A DNA stretch of 64,000 nucleotides from Verrucomicrobiales bacterium (GCA_046075565.1 JBJTQJ010000031.1:1-64000), one strand, 5' to 3'. Positions 31,300-41,489 are shown, counted from the stretch's first letter. Numbers and translations are program-made. The notes: a model not told the origin generated them from the sequence alone.

Positions 31300-32577
31300 A
31301 TGATAACTCCGAACATCATCAACTCCCAACGGGCTGTTGCCTTCGCCGCCTTCATCTTGGCGAGCGCATCCGTTTCAGCCAAAGAAATAAAGCTGGCCTC
31401 CTTCGAATCCAAAGATGCCCTGGAGTCATGGACCACGGTCAATGACAGCGTCATGGGTGGCGCCTCGAAAGGCGGGGCCCGACTCACCGAAGACGGGACA
31501 CTCAAGTTCTCGGGAAACCTTTCCTTGGACAACAACGGCGGATTCTCCTCGATTCGCACCAAGCCCAATCCGATGGATTTGTCGGAGACCAACTCCATCC
31601 TCGTCAAGTCATGCGGCGACGGTCGGACCTATTGGGTTGACCTCCGTGTTGAGGGTCAAATGGGAGGAAGTTCTTACCGCGCGGCCTTGCCAACCACCGC
31701 GGGTGAATGGAAAGAAACCCGTCTTCCCATGTCAAGTTTCAAACCCCAAGCTTTCGGCCAAGATCTGGCTTTCAAGCCCATCAATCCCTCCTCCGTCGCC
31801 TCGGTTGGCTTCACTCTTTCCGATAAGAAAGAAGGACCCTTCGCCCTTGAAGTCGAATATGTGAAGGCGGTGGCCAGCGAAGCTTCCGGCAAAAAGAAAG
31901 GCAACACCATCGTCGATGTGGCCGCCGCCGCGGGGGGATTCAAGACCCTGCTCGCCGCTGCGACCGCTGCTGACTTGGCCGGCGCTCTCTCGGGAGAAGG
32001 ACCATTCACCGTTTTGGCTCCCACGGACGAAGCTTTCGCCAAGCTTCCCAAAGGAACCCTTGAAACCCTGCTCAAACCCGAAAACCGCAAGCAACTTGCG
32101 GACATTCTGAAGAACCACGTGATTCCGGCGAAGGTGACATTGGCCAAAGCCCTTGAATTGCGCGAAGGCCCGACATTGCTTGAAACCAAGATTCCCTTCT
32201 CGTTCGAGGACGGACGAGTGCTCGTCGGCGCTTCCACCCTTTTGAAGGCGGATATCGAAGCCTCGAACGGTATCATTCATGTCATTGACCAGGTGCTTAT
32301 CCCAGCGCCATCCTCAACCCAACCCCTTGGAGCGGCTGAGCTGATTGAAATGGCCATTGACCGCGGGGTGCCGATGTTCAATCACGGTGATGCCGCAGCC
32401 TGCGCCGCCGTTTATGAAGTGACCGCCGAAGCCCTGCGTAGCATGGATACCGTCTCGCAGGAAGCACGCGAGAAGATCGGCCAAGCGCTGAAAAAAGCGC
32501 GTGCCGAAAAATCCTCCCGCGAGCAAGCTTGGATTCTGCGTGACGCTCTCGACAGCGCTTACAAGAGCCTGCAGTAA
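31300..32577 (+). CDS. Secreted CIA30 plus fasciclin (FAS1) domain protein
   Basis: WTTVNDSVMGGAS...NNGGFSSIR (CIA30); GPFTVLAPTDEAF and NGIIHVIDQVL (FAS1). Confidence 0.9.
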   Translation: MITPNIINSQRAVAFAAFILASASVSAKEIKLASFESKDALESWTTVNDSVMGGASKGGARLTEDGTLKFSGNLSLDNNGGFSSIRTKPNPMDLSETNSILVKSCGDGRTYWVDLRVEGQMGGSSYRAALPTTAGEWKETRLPMSSFKPQAFGQDLAFKPINPSSVASVGFTLSDKKEGPFALEVEYVKAVASEASGKKKGNTIVDVAAAAGGFKTLLAAATAADLAGALSGEGPFTVLAPTDEAFAKLPKGTLETLLKPENRKQLADILKNHVIPAKVTLAKALELREGPTLLETKIPFSFEDGRVLVGASTLLKADIEASNGIIHVIDQVLIPAPSSTQPLGAAELIEMAIDRGVPMFNHGDAAACAAVYEVTAEALRSMDTVSQEAREKIGQALKKARAEKSSREQAWILRDALDSAYKSLQ

Positions 32578-32600
32578 TTTCCTCCAATCGAAGCATTCTT

Positions 32601-32653
32601 AGTCACGGTTTGCCTGAGCCGCCTGCCCCCCGGCGCTCTTGCGAACCGTGACT
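32601..32653. terminator. Inverted repeat between convergent genes (possible terminator)
   Basis: AGTCACGGTT...AACCGTGACT perfect 10-bp arms with a long loop. Confidence 0.4.
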
Positions 32654-32660
32654 TTGCTTT

Positions 32661-34997
32661 TCACGGCTTCTCGAAAACCCTCACCGCATAAATCTGCGCG
32701 CGGGTAATACCGTTGGTTTGTAGGACTTCGACTCGCACGCGTTTCACCATTTCGAGATCGGCGGCGTGATGGCGGTTGCGCAAATGGTTGTCGCGGACGT
32801 CGGCGATGATCGTTGAGGAACGATCGTCATGTCCTGCGATCACTCGGTAATCTCTGATGATCGAAGGAATCGCGTTCATCGGATATCCTTGCCAGCTTTG
32901 CGAGAAGTGGAAGTGCAAAGAGGAATCGAGGATGACCTGGACCCCGGAGATGGAACGTGCATTCTCCCAGGCCAATTCAAGCCATTCCGGAGAATTGAAA
33001 TCGGTGGCCGCCGACACCCAGAGGTTGGGCAGATTGGTGGGCCGCGACCATCCATTCACCGCCATTGCCGACGAGTATAGTTCCTGGGCCGGGCTGGTGA
33101 CACTGCAATAGGCGAAGTTGAGGAAGCCGCTCTGCGCCGTAAAGTGCCGGGCGTGATCATTCCAGTCCGGAGCGAGAACGGCGGCCCCATCCGCGTCCAC
33201 GGCCCGTTTCATTCCAATGGTCAGGGCGCGTGAAGTCCATTTGGTGAAAGGATTCGGGCGGATGGGGTCTTCCGGGCGCGGGTAATACCAGCGTTTGCCC
33301 GGAGGTGTCTCCGTCATGTGGATGGCGATATCCGGGTTCTTTCCGAGAATGAGGAAGTGCCAACCGGGCCGAGTTATTGCTACTCCCAAGGGCAATTCAA
33401 GCCATTGCGATTTGCCCCGCCGGATCGAAATCCTGGCTTCGGCGAGTTTTTCCTCCGGGAAGGTTGAATGGTTGGCTGGCCCTTGGTGAAAACGAAAAGC
33501 CAGTTCGGTGTCTTGCTTGGCATCGATCAAAAGGGAAATGCTTTCCAAGCGCTCGCTGGCGACGGGCAATTGGAGCAATCGTTCATTCGACAATCGGTCC
33601 AAACCCCAGCTTTCACATGCACGAGTTTCTTGGAAGACACTCGAGGCAGAGGCCATCGCTTGCGGGGCGATGTCGTTGGTGACCGCGAGATCGAGCGCGT
33701 GGATATGGTGATCCGCCAGAAGCAGATCGCTTTGCACGGCCCGCAGTGGCGAACCCTGCGCCAGCGCGCGGGGATCGAGTTTGTTTTTCACCGCATGACT
33801 GGCCGCCATGCCGACGGCTTCTCCAAGCTGCGCGCAAGTGAGCATCACCCGCGTGCTTGATAGCGCATAGTGGGTCGCGCTGATGTTGCGTCCGGCGAAG
33901 AAAAGATTGGCTACGCGGCGGGAGTAGAGAGATCGCAACGGCACGTTGTGTGGGCCCCGCAGATACTGGTGGGTGCTGGGATTCACCTTGTCGTGGAATC
34001 CTCCCGGCGGATGGTGATCAAAGCCCCATCCCCCGAAGGCCACGGCGTCGTCGAAGTGGGCTTGCTCGTCGATCTCGTTCATTGTCAGAACATGGTCGCC
34101 TTCGAAGCGCCGGGACTCCCGTTTGCCCGGGACCGCTCCCATCCAATCCAACTCATAAGTGATCAGTCTCTCGGAAAGTCGCGAGCGGTTCTTCAAAAAG
34201 TCCCAGACCGCGAGGGTGATGCGCTGGACCTCGTCCTTGATCTTTCGTGTTTCGTGCACGGTATCGAGAGCGCCGCCCCATTCGAGCCACCAGAAGCCGC
34301 CTGTGTCGGGAAAGAAATGTTCGCAGACAGGACGATAAGGGCCGAAATCGTCCTCGCCCAATTTCATGCCAACCCACGGCGGTAGAACAAATGGCACCGG
34401 ACGTCCGGCATCCCGCGCGTGCATGTGGAGGCTGCAGCCCATGGTGTCGCCATTGGGTTCGTCCGGGCACATCGGCTCGTTGAATTCGGATCGGGCTTCC
34501 ACTCCCATGCGGAAAGGTGCGCCGGCCAGTGAACCGACAACCCCGTCACCGGAACAATCGGCGTAGTAAGGAGCTTGGAATTCATGCCAGGTTTCCTCCA
34601 TCGAACAATAGGCGGTCACGCTGGACACCCGATCGCCTTCATCGTTCGTGGCGACCTTGCACACGGCGCAGTTGAGGAAAAGCTCCAGATGCGGCTCGTT
34701 GCGGGCGAGTGATTCCATCTCCAGATTCCATCCTTCGGGCGAACAGGTCGGGTTGCGCAGGAGATTGTTCAGGAACAACTCCTCGATAAGACCGGTCTCC
34801 CGCGAGAAGACGAAATTGCATTGGGTCGCTCCGACCGGAGGCACACGGATCTCGGTGCTGGCATTGCCGCCGAGCACGGGACGGTCTTGGACGAGGGCGG
34901 TGCGGATGCCCTGACGCGCGGCAGTAATGGCGGCGCAGAGGCCGGAGAGTCCGCCGCCGATGACAACAAAATCGTAGGGATGAAGGATCGTTTTCAA
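32661..34997 (-). CDS. FAD-dependent oxidoreductase (FAD_oxidored family) with C-terminal beta-sandwich/discoidin-like region
   Basis: VVIGGGLSG...QDRPVLGGNASTE, ADCSGDG, PGKRESRR, FAGRNISATH, SSTRVMLTC. Confidence 0.88.
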   Translation of the reverse strand: MKTILHPYDFVVIGGGLSGLCAAITAARQGIRTALVQDRPVLGGNASTEIRVPPVGATQCNFVFSRETGLIEELFLNNLLRNPTCSPEGWNLEMESLARNEPHLELFLNCAVCKVATNDEGDRVSSVTAYCSMEETWHEFQAPYYADCSGDGVVGSLAGAPFRMGVEARSEFNEPMCPDEPNGDTMGCSLHMHARDAGRPVPFVLPPWVGMKLGEDDFGPYRPVCEHFFPDTGGFWWLEWGGALDTVHETRKIKDEVQRITLAVWDFLKNRSRLSERLITYELDWMGAVPGKRESRRFEGDHVLTMNEIDEQAHFDDAVAFGGWGFDHHPPGGFHDKVNPSTHQYLRGPHNVPLRSLYSRRVANLFFAGRNISATHYALSSTRVMLTCAQLGEAVGMAASHAVKNKLDPRALAQGSPLRAVQSDLLLADHHIHALDLAVTNDIAPQAMASASSVFQETRACESWGLDRLSNERLLQLPVASERLESISLLIDAKQDTELAFRFHQGPANHSTFPEEKLAEARISIRRGKSQWLELPLGVAITRPGWHFLILGKNPDIAIHMTETPPGKRWYYPRPEDPIRPNPFTKWTSRALTIGMKRAVDADGAAVLAPDWNDHARHFTAQSGFLNFAYCSVTSPAQELYSSAMAVNGWSRPTNLPNLWVSAATDFNSPEWLELAWENARSISGVQVILDSSLHFHFSQSWQGYPMNAIPSIIRDYRVIAGHDDRSSTIIADVRDNHLRNRHHAADLEMVKRVRVEVLQTNGITRAQIYAVRVFEKP

Positions 34998-36481
34998 GGC
35001 TTTTCTTGTTCAGGAATTTTCGGGGCACCCGCGATGAGGATGACGAGAAGGAAGACAAGGCAGGTGATGGGATAAATCCAGAGTTCGTCCAGCTTCATGA
35101 TGCCCTGGGCATTGAGGAAAAGAATAACAAGCGCCGTCGCGATGGCCGCCACGGTGGCGGGGAGGAGCACCGCGAATTTGCCTCGCCGGGCGAGTGCAAA
35201 AAGCGCGATCATCAGGAGTGGCCCGTAGGTCAGCACCGGAAGTTTGTAAGCCAGAACCAACAATCCGCCGCCTTTCGATAAACTACCCGCGACGTAAGCG
35301 AGAAGACTCAGCACCACCCCCCAGCCGATAACCGAGAATTTCGACAGACGCAGGCACTGGCTTTCGCTGGCATCCGGGCGGATCCATTTGCGATAGATAC
35401 CATTCACGGTCGTTTCGGAGAGCGCCGCGAGGGCGGAATCGAGGGTCGAGATGCCCGCCGCAAAGATGGCTGCGATGATCAATCCGCTCAGGCCGACCGG
35501 GAGCGCATGGATGATAAAGTAGGGGTAGACGGCATCCTTGTTTTCAGCGACAAAGGCCGCGGCCCCGCCGTCGAGAGGGAAATGCTGGTAATAGAGCCAC
35601 AAGCCGAGCCCGAGCGCTGCCGTGAGGAGGGAAAAGAAAACAATCCCCAGTGAGCCGAGCACCGCCTTGCGCGCTTCATTCGCATTCCGGCAGCAGATCA
35701 TGCGCTGCGTAACCACCTGATCGACGGAATTCTGGGCCAGTTCGAAAATGGCAAAACAAAACAGGCCGGTCCAGAGGGTCCACGTCTTCGCCGGGTCGAG
35801 CGAGACGTCGATCAGTTTCATCTTCGCGGCTTGGTCGAGTTCGGTGATGGCTTTGGAGATCCCGATGGGCAAGCCACCGAGAATGGTCACCACCGAGATG
35901 ATTGCGCCCGCCAACATGAGCGCGAACATGATGAAGTCGGTCCAAATCACCGTCGTGATGCCACCCATCAAGGTCCAGACAATGGCGAACAATCCGATGA
36001 TGAAAACCGATTGGCTGATCGGCATGTTCACCACCACGCTGAGAACGAGGGCCACCGCGAGCAGTCGCAGGCCATGGCCGAGGATGGCGCTCACCAGAAA
36101 GAGACCTCGGGAAAGATCTGCTGCTTTGGCCCCGAGGCGGTTCTCGATGAAATCATAAGGGCTGTAGATCTTCCGTTCGTAAAATGGTTTTACGAAAAGC
36201 AGGACCATGAGGAGTTTCGCCAAGACGAATCCGAAAAGCGTGCCCTGAAGGTAGAGGAGGTTTCCTCCCGGACGGAAAATCGCCCCCGGCACCGCGATGA
36301 TGGTCACCGCGCTGATCTGCGTGGCCATAATCGATCCCGACACGGCCCACCACGGCAGGCTGCGTCCTCCGAGGAAGAAGTCGTCCATGCCGCTTTGTTT
36401 GCCTTTGAGCAGATGGCCGAGGAACGTCGTCCCCACCGCGAAGAAGGCCAAAACGGCCCAATTGATCCAACCGAAGTTCAT
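34994..36481 (-). CDS. Sodium:solute symporter (SSS family)
   Basis: DFFLGGRSLPWWAV, ATQISA, GGITTVIWTD, DQVVTQR, AAIFAAGISTLDS. Confidence 0.92.
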   Translation of the reverse strand: MNFGWINWAVLAFFAVGTTFLGHLLKGKQSGMDDFFLGGRSLPWWAVSGSIMATQISAVTIIAVPGAIFRPGGNLLYLQGTLFGFVLAKLLMVLLFVKPFYERKIYSPYDFIENRLGAKAADLSRGLFLVSAILGHGLRLLAVALVLSVVVNMPISQSVFIIGLFAIVWTLMGGITTVIWTDFIMFALMLAGAIISVVTILGGLPIGISKAITELDQAAKMKLIDVSLDPAKTWTLWTGLFCFAIFELAQNSVDQVVTQRMICCRNANEARKAVLGSLGIVFFSLLTAALGLGLWLYYQHFPLDGGAAAFVAENKDAVYPYFIIHALPVGLSGLIIAAIFAAGISTLDSALAALSETTVNGIYRKWIRPDASESQCLRLSKFSVIGWGVVLSLLAYVAGSLSKGGGLLVLAYKLPVLTYGPLLMIALFALARRGKFAVLLPATVAAIATALVILFLNAQGIMKLDELWIYPITCLVFLLVILIAGAPKIPEQEKP

Positions 36482-36567
36482 GGTGCGGGTGTTAGGAGGT
36501 TGCGGGGGATGGGAGGAATGGCCATTGGGAAAATACCCAAACGGACCGGGAATGGTCAATGCGAACT

Positions 36568-36586
36568 TGCGTATTTAATTTACGCA
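36568..36586. promoter_or_regulatory. Palindromic candidate operator upstream of the SSS/oxidoreductase pair
   Basis: TGCGTA-TTTAATT-TACGCA in an AT-rich intergenic spot. Confidence 0.4.
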
Positions 36587-36607
36587 TTTGCGGCAGCCGG
36601 GGCGGGT

Positions 36608-37807
36608 TTACGTTCCGAGGCGGGAATTCCGGCGATATCGCGCGGGAGTGCTGCCGAAGTGTTTCCGAAAGATGGGAATCATGTGCTCCACGTAGTTGAA
36701 TCCGCATGCGGCGGCGACATCCGGGATGGGAATGTCGGTGGTGTCGAGCAGGGTCCGGGCTTTTTCGATTTTCGTGCGGCGGATCTCATCGGCGGGGCTG
36801 CGCCCGATGATCTCCTTGAATCGACGCTCCAGGCTGCGACGGGCCATGGGGACGGCTTTGAGGATGGACTTCACATTGATGCCCTCATGGGCATGGTCGC
36901 GGATGAATCGCATGGCCTGCTGTATGGCAACATCTTCACAAGCCACGATGTCAGTGGATTGGCGGGTGGTCACACCCAAGGGAGGAAGCCGGGTTTCTTT
37001 TTCAGCAAGCGGCTCACCGCGCAGGAGCCGATCGAGTTGGGCAGCCGCATGGTAACCGATCTGCCGCACCGGAATATCCACTCCGCTCAGAGGTGGATGG
37101 ATCACGCGGCCCAGCAGGTCCTCGGTCTCGAGACTGATGATCGAGATATCTTCGGGGACACGCAGGCCGCCCTCCGCACAAGCCATGGCAAGATGGCGGC
37201 AGAGACCGGTCGCCCACCCGATGACACCGGCGGGTTGGGGAAGAGATGCCAACCAGCGCTGGCGATCCTTCTGATGTTCTTCCTGCCCGGATGTGGGGCC
37301 GATTTTTTTCGAAGGAACGTAGAGCACCGGCTCCATATCCATTTCCACCATCACCTTGCGGAAAGCGTCCGACCAGAAATCAATGAACGGACGGTGTGGT
37401 TCACCGCAGAACGCCAGAACCCGCAGGCCCTTTTCCAACAGATGTTCCACCGCCATACGGACGACGGCTTCCGCATCACTGGTCACGCGGGGAAAATGGT
37501 CACTCACCCGGCGTGAGCCGGATACATTCACCACCGGAATCCCGAGGACCTTGATCTTGCGCGCGAGTTGCCGGGTCTGAATGGCCGCGATCATGCCATC
37601 ACCCGACCAACCCGGTGGAAGGTCGGTTGTTTCATCCGCTCCGCTCGGATTCATTTCCAAAAGCCATGGTCCGTGCTGCTGGGCATACTGCCAGATCCCC
37701 TCGATGATCCCTCTGCCATACTCGCTCCACGTGCCAACGAGCAGACCGATCCGAGGATGGGTTGGTCGCTTGTGGGTGGGATTCTTTTTTCTACCGAATG
37801 CGGTCAT
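36608..37807 (-). CDS. XylR-type regulator (LacI-like sensor domain plus AraC HTH)
   Basis: YGRGIIEGI, PPLSGVD, GVTTRQSTD, RRSLERRF, VAAACGF...FRKHFGSTPARYR. Confidence 0.92.
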   Translation of the reverse strand: MTAFGRKKNPTHKRPTHPRIGLLVGTWSEYGRGIIEGIWQYAQQHGPWLLEMNPSGADETTDLPPGWSGDGMIAAIQTRQLARKIKVLGIPVVNVSGSRRVSDHFPRVTSDAEAVVRMAVEHLLEKGLRVLAFCGEPHRPFIDFWSDAFRKVMVEMDMEPVLYVPSKKIGPTSGQEEHQKDRQRWLASLPQPAGVIGWATGLCRHLAMACAEGGLRVPEDISIISLETEDLLGRVIHPPLSGVDIPVRQIGYHAAAQLDRLLRGEPLAEKETRLPPLGVTTRQSTDIVACEDVAIQQAMRFIRDHAHEGINVKSILKAVPMARRSLERRFKEIIGRSPADEIRRTKIEKARTLLDTTDIPIPDVAAACGFNYVEHMIPIFRKHFGSTPARYRRNSRLGT

Positions 37808-37912
37808 TCAAGGCTGTTTTAGCAGAGGTGGAGAAAGACGCAACAGAATTGCCGGGGAAATCCACATGCGCAACGGAAGAACAACGGGAGCCGCTGGTTC
37901 CAATTCGTGCTT

Positions 37913-38833
37913 TCACCATCCCGCCATCAACCGGATGCGGCTGGCCAGATCTTCCGGAGATTCAAGGTCTCCGGTTTCCACCCGCTGGAATTCTTCCGCT
38001 TTCTTGAACCACGTGCGCTGCCTGCGCGCATACTGCCATGTCAATGTCGCGAGTTCTTCCGCGGCTTGAGTATGCTCGAGAGTCCCTGCCCGCCATGCGC
38101 GTGCGGTGGCCAGACCAAGGGTGGTTGAAGCCGAACGCCCGAGCGGGAGTTTTTCCAAAGCATCAATCTCCCGCGATAGCTCCGGACCGAACATGCGAGC
38201 GCTTCGTTCGCGTATCCGGGTTTTGAGGCTCTCGGTTTCAGGCCAAAGGCTAAAGCTTGGCGGACCATCGCGCCGACTTCCCTGGCCGCGTCGCAAAGAA
38301 GAAGCCGGTTGACCGCTGAGCAAGCAAATCTCCAGCGCGCGGGTGACCCGGCGCGGGTTCATGCGATCAATCCGTTCCCATTCCTCCGGATCCAACCGCT
38401 GAAGTTCATCCAACTGACTCTCCAGGCTCATAGCTTCAAGCCGCGCGCGCAGCTCGGCATCCGGAGCTGGCAATCCACTATCAAGTCCGCCGCTAAAGGC
38501 ACGCAGATAAAGTCCGGAGCCGGAAACGAGAATTACTTTTTTCCCGCGCTGGCAGATTTCCGCAACCACGGAGTGAGCCAGAGCTGCGAAGCCGGCGGCG
38601 TCCCGCTCCATGTTCGTTTCGAGGAATCCGTAAAGATGGTGTGGTGCCATGGCCAATTCGGTTTCACTCGGTTGCGCGGTCAGGATCTTCATGCCCGCGA
38701 AAGCCTGATAGGGATCGAGGTTGACCACCTCGGCATCGCAGGCGCGTGCGAGTGCGGCGGCCACGGCTGACTTTCCGGACGCGGTTGGCCCGGCCAGTGC
38801 GAGCACACCATCGAATTGCATTTTCTCCGCCAT
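37913..38833 (-). CDS. miaA: tRNA dimethylallyltransferase
   Basis: GPTASGKS, TAQP, PHHL, GSGLYL, NPRRVTRALE, YARRQRTWF. Confidence 0.93.
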   Translation of the reverse strand: MAEKMQFDGVLALAGPTASGKSAVAAALARACDAEVVNLDPYQAFAGMKILTAQPSETELAMAPHHLYGFLETNMERDAAGFAALAHSVVAEICQRGKKVILVSGSGLYLRAFSGGLDSGLPAPDAELRARLEAMSLESQLDELQRLDPEEWERIDRMNPRRVTRALEICLLSGQPASSLRRGQGSRRDGPPSFSLWPETESLKTRIRERSARMFGPELSREIDALEKLPLGRSASTTLGLATARAWRAGTLEHTQAAEELATLTWQYARRQRTWFKKAEEFQRVETGDLESPEDLASRIRLMAGW

Positions 38834-38838
38834 GGGAA

Positions 38839-39519
38839 TCAAGGGGCGCCTTCCGCCTTCAGGACGACGTCGTCAAACTCAACCATGTCGTCGAAGGATC
38901 CCACTCCCACCGCACCGGCCTGAAGATCCCCGACCTTACAACTCATCATCGGGGATTCCATGTCATCGACATAACAGCGCAACATGCCACTTGGTCTATC
39001 ATACCAGACCCGGATCGTCTGCCAGTCTTTCTTCACGAGTTTCGGCACCGGCTGGGTGAGATGGGGCAGTTGCTCGCGACCATCCGGCTTCACGCGCATG
39101 ATGACATTGTGCACGGTGGAGTTTTCCGCCGAGAAATGGATGTAGGTGTAATCGAGCGGGCCTTTCCATCCGACCAGTAAAAGCAGATCTCGTCCGGGAG
39201 TGGTAAGGGGGGTATGGCAGATGCCGCGGGCGGTGAGGGTGAAGGAGCCCGCGGGTTGGTGGCCACCGCGCACCAGCCAGGAAAGCGGAGCCCGGAATGG
39301 CCCCGGGTTCCCCCGTGTGACGAGTTCCAGGTTGGGATTGGTCGCCGCGGTCATTTCCCAGACACACGTCTCCCTCGGTGTCCATTCGGCCAGCCCCTTG
39401 GCGAAGTTTTCCGTAAAAACGACGGGAAATTCGGGAGCCGCGGCCTTTTCAGCCGGCGGGAGTTCGGGAGCAGCCTTCATGCAGCCAACCAACCCAAGGA
39501 GAGGGAACAGAAACTTCAT
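38839..39519 (-). CDS. Putative lipoprotein with concanavalin-like (DUF1080-related) fold
   Basis: Lipobox LVGC; beta-rich; ends GAVGVGSFDDMVEFDDV. Confidence 0.65.
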   Translation of the reverse strand: MKFLFPLLGLVGCMKAAPELPPAEKAAAPEFPVVFTENFAKGLAEWTPRETCVWEMTAATNPNLELVTRGNPGPFRAPLSWLVRGGHQPAGSFTLTARGICHTPLTTPGRDLLLLVGWKGPLDYTYIHFSAENSTVHNVIMRVKPDGREQLPHLTQPVPKLVKKDWQTIRVWYDRPSGMLRCYVDDMESPMMSCKVGDLQAGAVGVGSFDDMVEFDDVVLKAEGAP

Positions 39520-39576
39520 ATCCCAGCATACGCCGCCCCCCGACCCGATCCAACATCACACGACGAAACGGACGAC

Positions 39577-39612
39577 AAAAAAGGCCGCGCTCCCGAAGAA
39601 GCACGGCCTTTT
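39577..39612 (-). terminator. Intrinsic terminator
   Basis: Minus strand reads GGCCGTGCTTC-TTCG-GGAGCGCGGCC-TTTTTT (cUUCGg tetraloop, U6 tail). Confidence 0.85.
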
Positions 39613-39725
39613 CTGAACAACAACACAAACCTGAAAGAGCAAAAAGGAGAAAACCCCTCACCACATTTGTGAAAAAAGGAAAAAATCCGCGAAAGCCAAA
39701 AAACACTTCGGCTCCCCGAAATAAA

Positions 39726-40547
39726 TTACCCAATAGTGCCGGGATTTTGGTTCAGGGCCTCGATACGGCCGGTGGTTCCGGTCCAGGAATGGCTCCGGGC
39801 AATGGCCGTCGTGATGAACTCCTTGGCAGCCGCTACCGCCGCGCCGAGCAACAGGCCCTTGGCGAGTCCGGCGGTGATGGCGGCGGAATAGGTGCAGCCG
39901 GTCCCGTGGGTGGTCACGCCCTCGATGAAGTCCGCTTCAAAGGTCTCGACGGAGGACTGGCCGGGCATGGCCAGCACATCGGTGGCGAGGCCGTCCCGCA
40001 AATGCCCGCCCTTGAGCAGGAAGGACGTCCCGTAGCGGTCGGCCAACTCCCTTGCCGTGGAAGCCAGACCGGAGCGCTCGATTTTCCTGCCGTCGAGCAA
40101 AACGGAGGCTTCGTCCAGATTGGGGGTCGCCAGCGTCGCGCGCGGCAGTAGCACCCGCCGGTAGAGGTCGATGGCCTCCGGCTCGATCAAGGGATCGCCG
40201 GTCGATGCCATCATCACCGGATCCACCACCAACGGGCAGGCCAAGCCCGACAAGGCTCCGGCCACCGCTTCGATGTGGGGAGCGGAAAAAAGCATCCCGG
40301 TCTTTACCGCGCCCAGCGGAAACGACTTCGCCAACAACGAGACCTGCCCGGCCACCAGCGCCGGCGGCAAAGGGAAAACCTCCTCGACCACCAACGCGGT
40401 CTCGGAAACCACACAGGTCACGGCGGTCAGGCCGTGCACGCCGAGGGCGGAGAAGGTTTTCAGATCCGCTTGCAGTCCGGCTCCGGCCGAAGAATCGGAT
40501 CCCGCGATGGTCATGGCCACCGGTGGCGAGGAAATTTGGATGCTCAT
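39726..40547 (-). CDS. thiD: Hydroxymethylpyrimidine/phosphomethylpyrimidine kinase
   Basis: TIAGSDSSAGAGLQADLKT, VKTGML, VDPVM, TPNLDEA, LKGGH, THGTGCTYSAA. Confidence 0.96.
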   Translation of the reverse strand: MSIQISSPPVAMTIAGSDSSAGAGLQADLKTFSALGVHGLTAVTCVVSETALVVEEVFPLPPALVAGQVSLLAKSFPLGAVKTGMLFSAPHIEAVAGALSGLACPLVVDPVMMASTGDPLIEPEAIDLYRRVLLPRATLATPNLDEASVLLDGRKIERSGLASTARELADRYGTSFLLKGGHLRDGLATDVLAMPGQSSVETFEADFIEGVTTHGTGCTYSAAITAGLAKGLLLGAAVAAAKEFITTAIARSHSWTGTTGRIEALNQNPGTIG

Positions 40548-40656
40548 GACCACAAATCACGCCGCGATGCGCCCGGTGGTCAAGCTCCCGGCGGGTCCGC
40601 GTTTTGGGCTCAAGGAAACCATCCGAAGGCGAATATCAGGATCAGGCAGACAAAAT

Positions 40657-41074
40657 CCCAGAGCGCCGTCGTCGGTCGCCGAAGGCTCCCTCTGCCAGCG
40701 CAGTCCGACACGATGGCTTTTCATATGCCCGGTGGTTACGGGGATTCAAACGCTTAACTTCGCGCGTATGCCCGTAGCGGCACCGCTTCCGGTGCCGGGC
40801 GAGGGACGCTCCACTTTCTCCGAGCTGCGATCTCTTCACCCCGGAATGCGAAGGCGTTCCGGGCGAGTCCCCGACTCCTTACGGGCGACTGGGAGAAATC
40901 CTTAACCTGACGCGCATGCCCTTAGTGGTGCCAGCGGGCGGGTGCCAGTTTCCGACGCAACTCGGTTCATCGACGTTTGCTGGCACCCCTGCCGGGGTGC
41001 GGGAGATATCTCTGGTAATCCGGTGGTGTCGCTACGCTCAGCCACCGGCTATAAGCTTCGATGCCTCCGGCATC
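40657..41074. repeat. Cluster of REP-like palindromes
   Basis: GTAG+CGGCACCG-cttc-CGGTGCCG (40774-40797); CCCGGAATGC/GCGTTCCGGG (40840-40863); GCACCCC/GGGGTGC (40983-41000); CCGGTGG/CCACCGG (41020-41048); GATGCC/GGCATC (41060-41074). Confidence 0.6.
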
Positions 41075-41489
41075 GCCTTGAGCACTCCCCATCTTGCCCA
41101 ATAATGTGAGTTTAGCACCAGCAATCTTGGTCTTCCGAGTTCTCGTTGTTCAAATCCTTGTAGGGCAAGAGCGAGACGCTCTTGCTACGCGTGACGTGGA
41201 AACTCAAGGGGATATGGCCTGTGAGGTTCCCTCGGAGTAGTAGCAAGACCGTTGAAGCCTTCGAAGCCTTGGCGAAGTAGGCCCGGTCTTGCCCTGAGAC
41301 CTGAGCGCACTTTGCCATTTCGAGTGCTAAACTGACAGTATTGCCCATCTTGCCCAAAGATGGGAAACCCATCCGGCTTACGGGCCACTCGATTCGCCAT
41401 TCTACAGCCAATCTTCCCGTTCCCGCGAATAGTCAAAAAGTCCTGCCCGATTTGCGAAGAGCCTGAAATGCTAAGCTCTGAATTTTTCA

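Noticed and set aside
40600-40670. TPP riboswitch upstream of thiD (minus strand CTGGGA...GCCTGATC)
   Set aside because: Only loose echoes of CUGAGA and ACCUGAUC; no P5 stem or CG-N-AGG, and it overlaps a REP-like unit. An Rfam RF00059 scan would settle it
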